Shown piece after piece: positions 61,057-64,000 of a DNA stretch of 64,000 bases. The position numbers were made by a program, and so were the translations under genes. The notes under the pieces were generated by a model, which saw only the letters and a list, made by a program, of their open reading frames with translations, had not been told where the DNA came from and ran no database searches. Numbering within the stretch: position 1 is the stretch's first letter; each line of letters starts with the position of its first letter. The DNA lies in assembly GCA_964467225.1 (NCBI GenBank), contig CAYXPQ010000001.1, positions 75,803 through 139,802 on the forward strand, read 5' to 3'. The DNA comes from an uncultured Candidatus Saccharibacteria bacterium (lineage in GTDB: Bacteria > Patescibacteriota > Minisyncoccia > Phycocordibacterales > PALSA-1337).

Positions 61057-63537
61057 ATGGCATTTTCAATAAAGAACATATTTGGCGATCCTAACAAGAA
61101 ATTATTAAAGAAATATGAGCCAATAGTGGCTCAGGTTAATAGTTTTGAAGCAAGTATATCTGCTCTAACAGATGAACAGTTGAAGTCCAAAACTGCAGAT
61201 TTTAAATCTAGGCTGAATTCTGGAGCGAGTCTTGAATCTATTTTACCTGAGGCATTCGCTACTGTTCGCGAGGCGTCTAAGAGGCTTCTTAGACAAAGAC
61301 ATTTTGATGTTCAACTTATTGGAGGTGCAATTCTAAATAGTGGAAGTATTGCCGAGATGAGAACAGGAGAGGGTAAAACTCTTGTTGCAACTCTGCCTGC
61401 ATATCTCAATGCTCTTACTGGTAAGGGTGTGCATGTTGTAACTGTAAATGATTATCTTTCAAGACGTGATGCAGCATGGATGGGTCAGATCTATAATTTC
61501 CTAGGATTATCTGTAGGAGTTATTAATCACGAGAGTTCATTTATTTATGATCCTACTCATACTGAGAAAGATAAAGAAAGAGATGAGCTAGGATCATTTA
61601 AAGTTGTTCATGAATTTCTAAGACCTGTAACAAGAAGAGAAGCATACAATGCTGATATAACTTATGGTACGAACAATGAATTTGGTTTTGATTATTTGAG
61701 AGATAATCTTGAATACGAAATCGGTGCTTTGAGACAAAGGCCATTTAACTATGCGATTGTTGATGAGATCGACTCTATCTTGATCGATGAGGCTCGAACA
61801 CCCCTTATCATTTCTGCTCCAACTACGGATTCTGAGAATTTGTATAAAACATTTTCTGTTATGGTTAGAGATTTTATCAAAGATGAGGATTATACAGTTG
61901 ATGAGAAGCAGAGAACTATTTCCCTAACTGCAAAGGGAATTGAGAAAGCAGAGAGAAATTTGGGAGTTGATAATATTTATACTGATAAAGGTATCAAATA
62001 TGTTCATCATCTAGAAACAGCGGTTAAAGCTAAAGCTTTATACAATTTAAATACAGAATACGTTGTCAAAGACGATCAAATAGTGATTGTCGATACATTT
62101 ACTGGAAGATTACAACCTGGACGAAGATGGTCAGAAGGCTTACATCAAGCTATTGAAGCCAAAGAAGGTGTAACAGTTCAGAAAGAAAGTAGAACTTTTG
62201 CTTCTATTACTTTCCAGAACTATTTCCGACTTTATAAAAAGCTTTCTGGTATGACAGGTACTGCTGCGACTTCTAGCGAAGAATTCTACAAGGTGTATGG
62301 ACTTGAAACTGTAATAGTTCCGACAAACAATCAAACTCAAAGAAAAGATCTTAATGATTATATTTTTCAAACTGAGATAGGGAAATTTAAAGCTATTGCT
62401 CGTAAGGTGAAAGAATTGAATAAGACTGGACAGCCTGTGCTTATCGGTACTGTTTCAATAGATAAAAACGAAGTGCTTTCAGAATTTCTAAAAGCAGAAG
62501 GTGTTAAACATGAGATTTTGAATGCCAAAAACCACGAACGTGAAGGAGAGATAATTGCGCAAGCGGGTAAGAAGGGTGCAGTGACGATTGCTACAAACAT
62601 GGCGGGTAGAGGAGTAGATATTAGACTTGGAGGCAATCCTGGTTCAAAGGATTTATATGAAGAAGTAAAATCTCTTGGAGGATTATTCGTACTTGGCACA
62701 GAAAGACATGAAGCAAGAAGAATAGACAATCAGCTTCGAGGTCGTTCTGGTAGACAGGGAGATCCAGGAGCTACTCAGTTTTTCGTATCTCTTGAAGATT
62801 CACTTATGAGAATTTTTGCCTCAGATACTATCAAATCCTTGATGGGCAGACTTGGTGTTGCTGAAGATGAACCTATTGAGAATAGAATAATTACAAGATC
62901 TCTTGAAACTGCACAGACAAAGATCGAAGGATTCAATTTCGATTCTCGAAAGCATATCTTGGAATATGATGATATTCTCAATCATCAAAGAAAGACAGTA
63001 TACGAAAGAAGACTAGCTATTCTTCTGGGAAATATTGATGAAGTAGAAGCAAAATTAATGGAAGTTGTAGGTGATAATGCAGAAATAAAGAAGATTATTG
63101 ATGATAAGATTAAGTTGATTGGTCGAGAAAGATTTATCAATACTGCTAGACAATTAATGCTTCAATCTATTGATATGTTCTGGGTTGAGCATTTGGAAGT
63201 AATGGATTATACAAGATCAAGTGTAAATCTTCGTGCTTATGGACAGCGAGATCCATTGGTGGAATATAAAAAAGAAGGATTAAGATTATTTAAAGAAATG
63301 CAAGCTGCAATTAATAATCAAATATTAAATCTCTTACCTCATGTTGGTGGTAATGTTGCAACCCCCGAGGCAGTAGAATTGAAGGAAGTACATGATCAAG
63401 CTCAAGTAATAGGTAAGGGTGATGGTAGTGATTCTATTGTTAATACTTCATCTTCCAATAAGCCAGAATTAGGTAGAAATGATCCTTGCTATTGTGGATC
63501 GGGTAAGAAGTATAAACGTTGCCACGGCAACGTGTAA
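61057..63537 (+). CDS. secA: Preprotein translocase ATPase SecA
   Basis: MRTGEGKT, DEIDSILIDEARTPL, ATNMAGRG, SEC-C motif GRNDPCYCGSGKKYKRCHG. Confidence 0.99.
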   Translation: MAFSIKNIFGDPNKKLLKKYEPIVAQVNSFEASISALTDEQLKSKTADFKSRLNSGASLESILPEAFATVREASKRLLRQRHFDVQLIGGAILNSGSIAEMRTGEGKTLVATLPAYLNALTGKGVHVVTVNDYLSRRDAAWMGQIYNFLGLSVGVINHESSFIYDPTHTEKDKERDELGSFKVVHEFLRPVTRREAYNADITYGTNNEFGFDYLRDNLEYEIGALRQRPFNYAIVDEIDSILIDEARTPLIISAPTTDSENLYKTFSVMVRDFIKDEDYTVDEKQRTISLTAKGIEKAERNLGVDNIYTDKGIKYVHHLETAVKAKALYNLNTEYVVKDDQIVIVDTFTGRLQPGRRWSEGLHQAIEAKEGVTVQKESRTFASITFQNYFRLYKKLSGMTGTAATSSEEFYKVYGLETVIVPTNNQTQRKDLNDYIFQTEIGKFKAIARKVKELNKTGQPVLIGTVSIDKNEVLSEFLKAEGVKHEILNAKNHEREGEIIAQAGKKGAVTIATNMAGRGVDIRLGGNPGSKDLYEEVKSLGGLFVLGTERHEARRIDNQLRGRSGRQGDPGATQFFVSLEDSLMRIFASDTIKSLMGRLGVAEDEPIENRIITRSLETAQTKIEGFNFDSRKHILEYDDILNHQRKTVYERRLAILLGNIDEVEAKLMEVVGDNAEIKKIIDDKIKLIGRERFINTARQLMLQSIDMFWVEHLEVMDYTRSSVNLRAYGQRDPLVEYKKEGLRLFKEMQAAINNQILNLLPHVGGNVATPEAVELKEVHDQAQVIGKGDGSDSIVNTSSSNKPELGRNDPCYCGSGKKYKRCHGNV

Positions 63538-63626
63538 ATTTCCGTCGCTCGTCCATTATGTAAGTAGACTTCCATATGGACTCGCTAGGAAATAAAAAAA
63601 GTGTCATGGGAAGTAGGGAATGAAAT

Positions 63627-63658
63627 AAGTCCCAGACAGACTAGCTGACTGGGACTTG
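63627..63658. terminator. Hairpin between secA and the convergent ORF
   Basis: AAGTCCCAG...CTGGGACTT. Confidence 0.55.
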
Positions 63659-63689
63659 TGTTCATTCTGATATGCGTAAAGTGTTGATA

Positions 63690-63902
63690 CTACCAACACT
63701 TCGGGGCAGCAGGATGACTCGGACTAGTGAGGTTGAAAGCATGAGTCATAAGAGGGCCTATATCGCATCTGAATGCTCTGACTTCAGCATTGAATCTCTC
63801 ATGTTCATCCTTTGCTCTTTCAATGGCCTCTTTTTCATTTGAGGCCTTCACATCAAAATTGCGGCCACAACTTGTGCATGGTACACTCCAAGTATTTTCC
63901 AT
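63690..63902 (-). CDS. Small Cys/His hypothetical protein
   Basis: AAGAAAGGAG SD upstream; CTSC...H...C. Confidence 0.6.
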   Translation of the reverse strand: MENTWSVPCTSCGRNFDVKASNEKEAIERAKDEHERFNAEVRAFRCDIGPLMTHAFNLTSPSHPAAPKCW

Positions 63903-64000
63903 AAAGAACTCCTTTCTTGAACTGAATTATATATTAAATAAAACACTCAGTCAAGTTGATACCTACTGTACATGCTATATAATACCCCTACATTATTAGA

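Overview
A low-GC bacterial chromosome segment with the gene content of a Patescibacteria (CPR, probably Parcubacteria) genome: rpmD is absent from the spc operon, several ribosomal proteins are short, there is a large type IV pilus locus with many pilin-like genes, and many genes look leaderless. TGA is used as stop (code 11). In order it holds: the 3' part of fusA; a 6 kb block of surface-protein genes; tuf and the S10/spc cluster, split by an antisense gene between rplE and rpsN; secY-adk-map-ndk; a 6S-like RNA; infC-rpmI-rplT; a PLD; small orphan ORFs; tmRNA and smpB; ftsH; recG; seven tRNAs; comF-pilMNOP-pilB-pilT-pilC-pilins-pilD; ligA; gatCA; gpmA; murB; secA. Main novelty candidates: (1) three related structured elements behind tRNA-Ser(GCT), tRNA-Ser(ACT) and tmRNA. 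Each has an antisense copy of the host RNA 3' arm, a conserved AGAAAGNCGGA core and a TGAC junction to a duplicated host 3' end, and the tmRNA copy carries a cargo gene. (2) A small basic, possibly RNase-fold gene facing a separately promoted ~60-nt RNA inside the spc operon. (3) The rare anticodons Ser(ACT) and Ile(TAT), and a uniform discriminator-CA ending in all non-CCA tRNA-type genes. All calls come from reading the sequence by eye; no searches were run.
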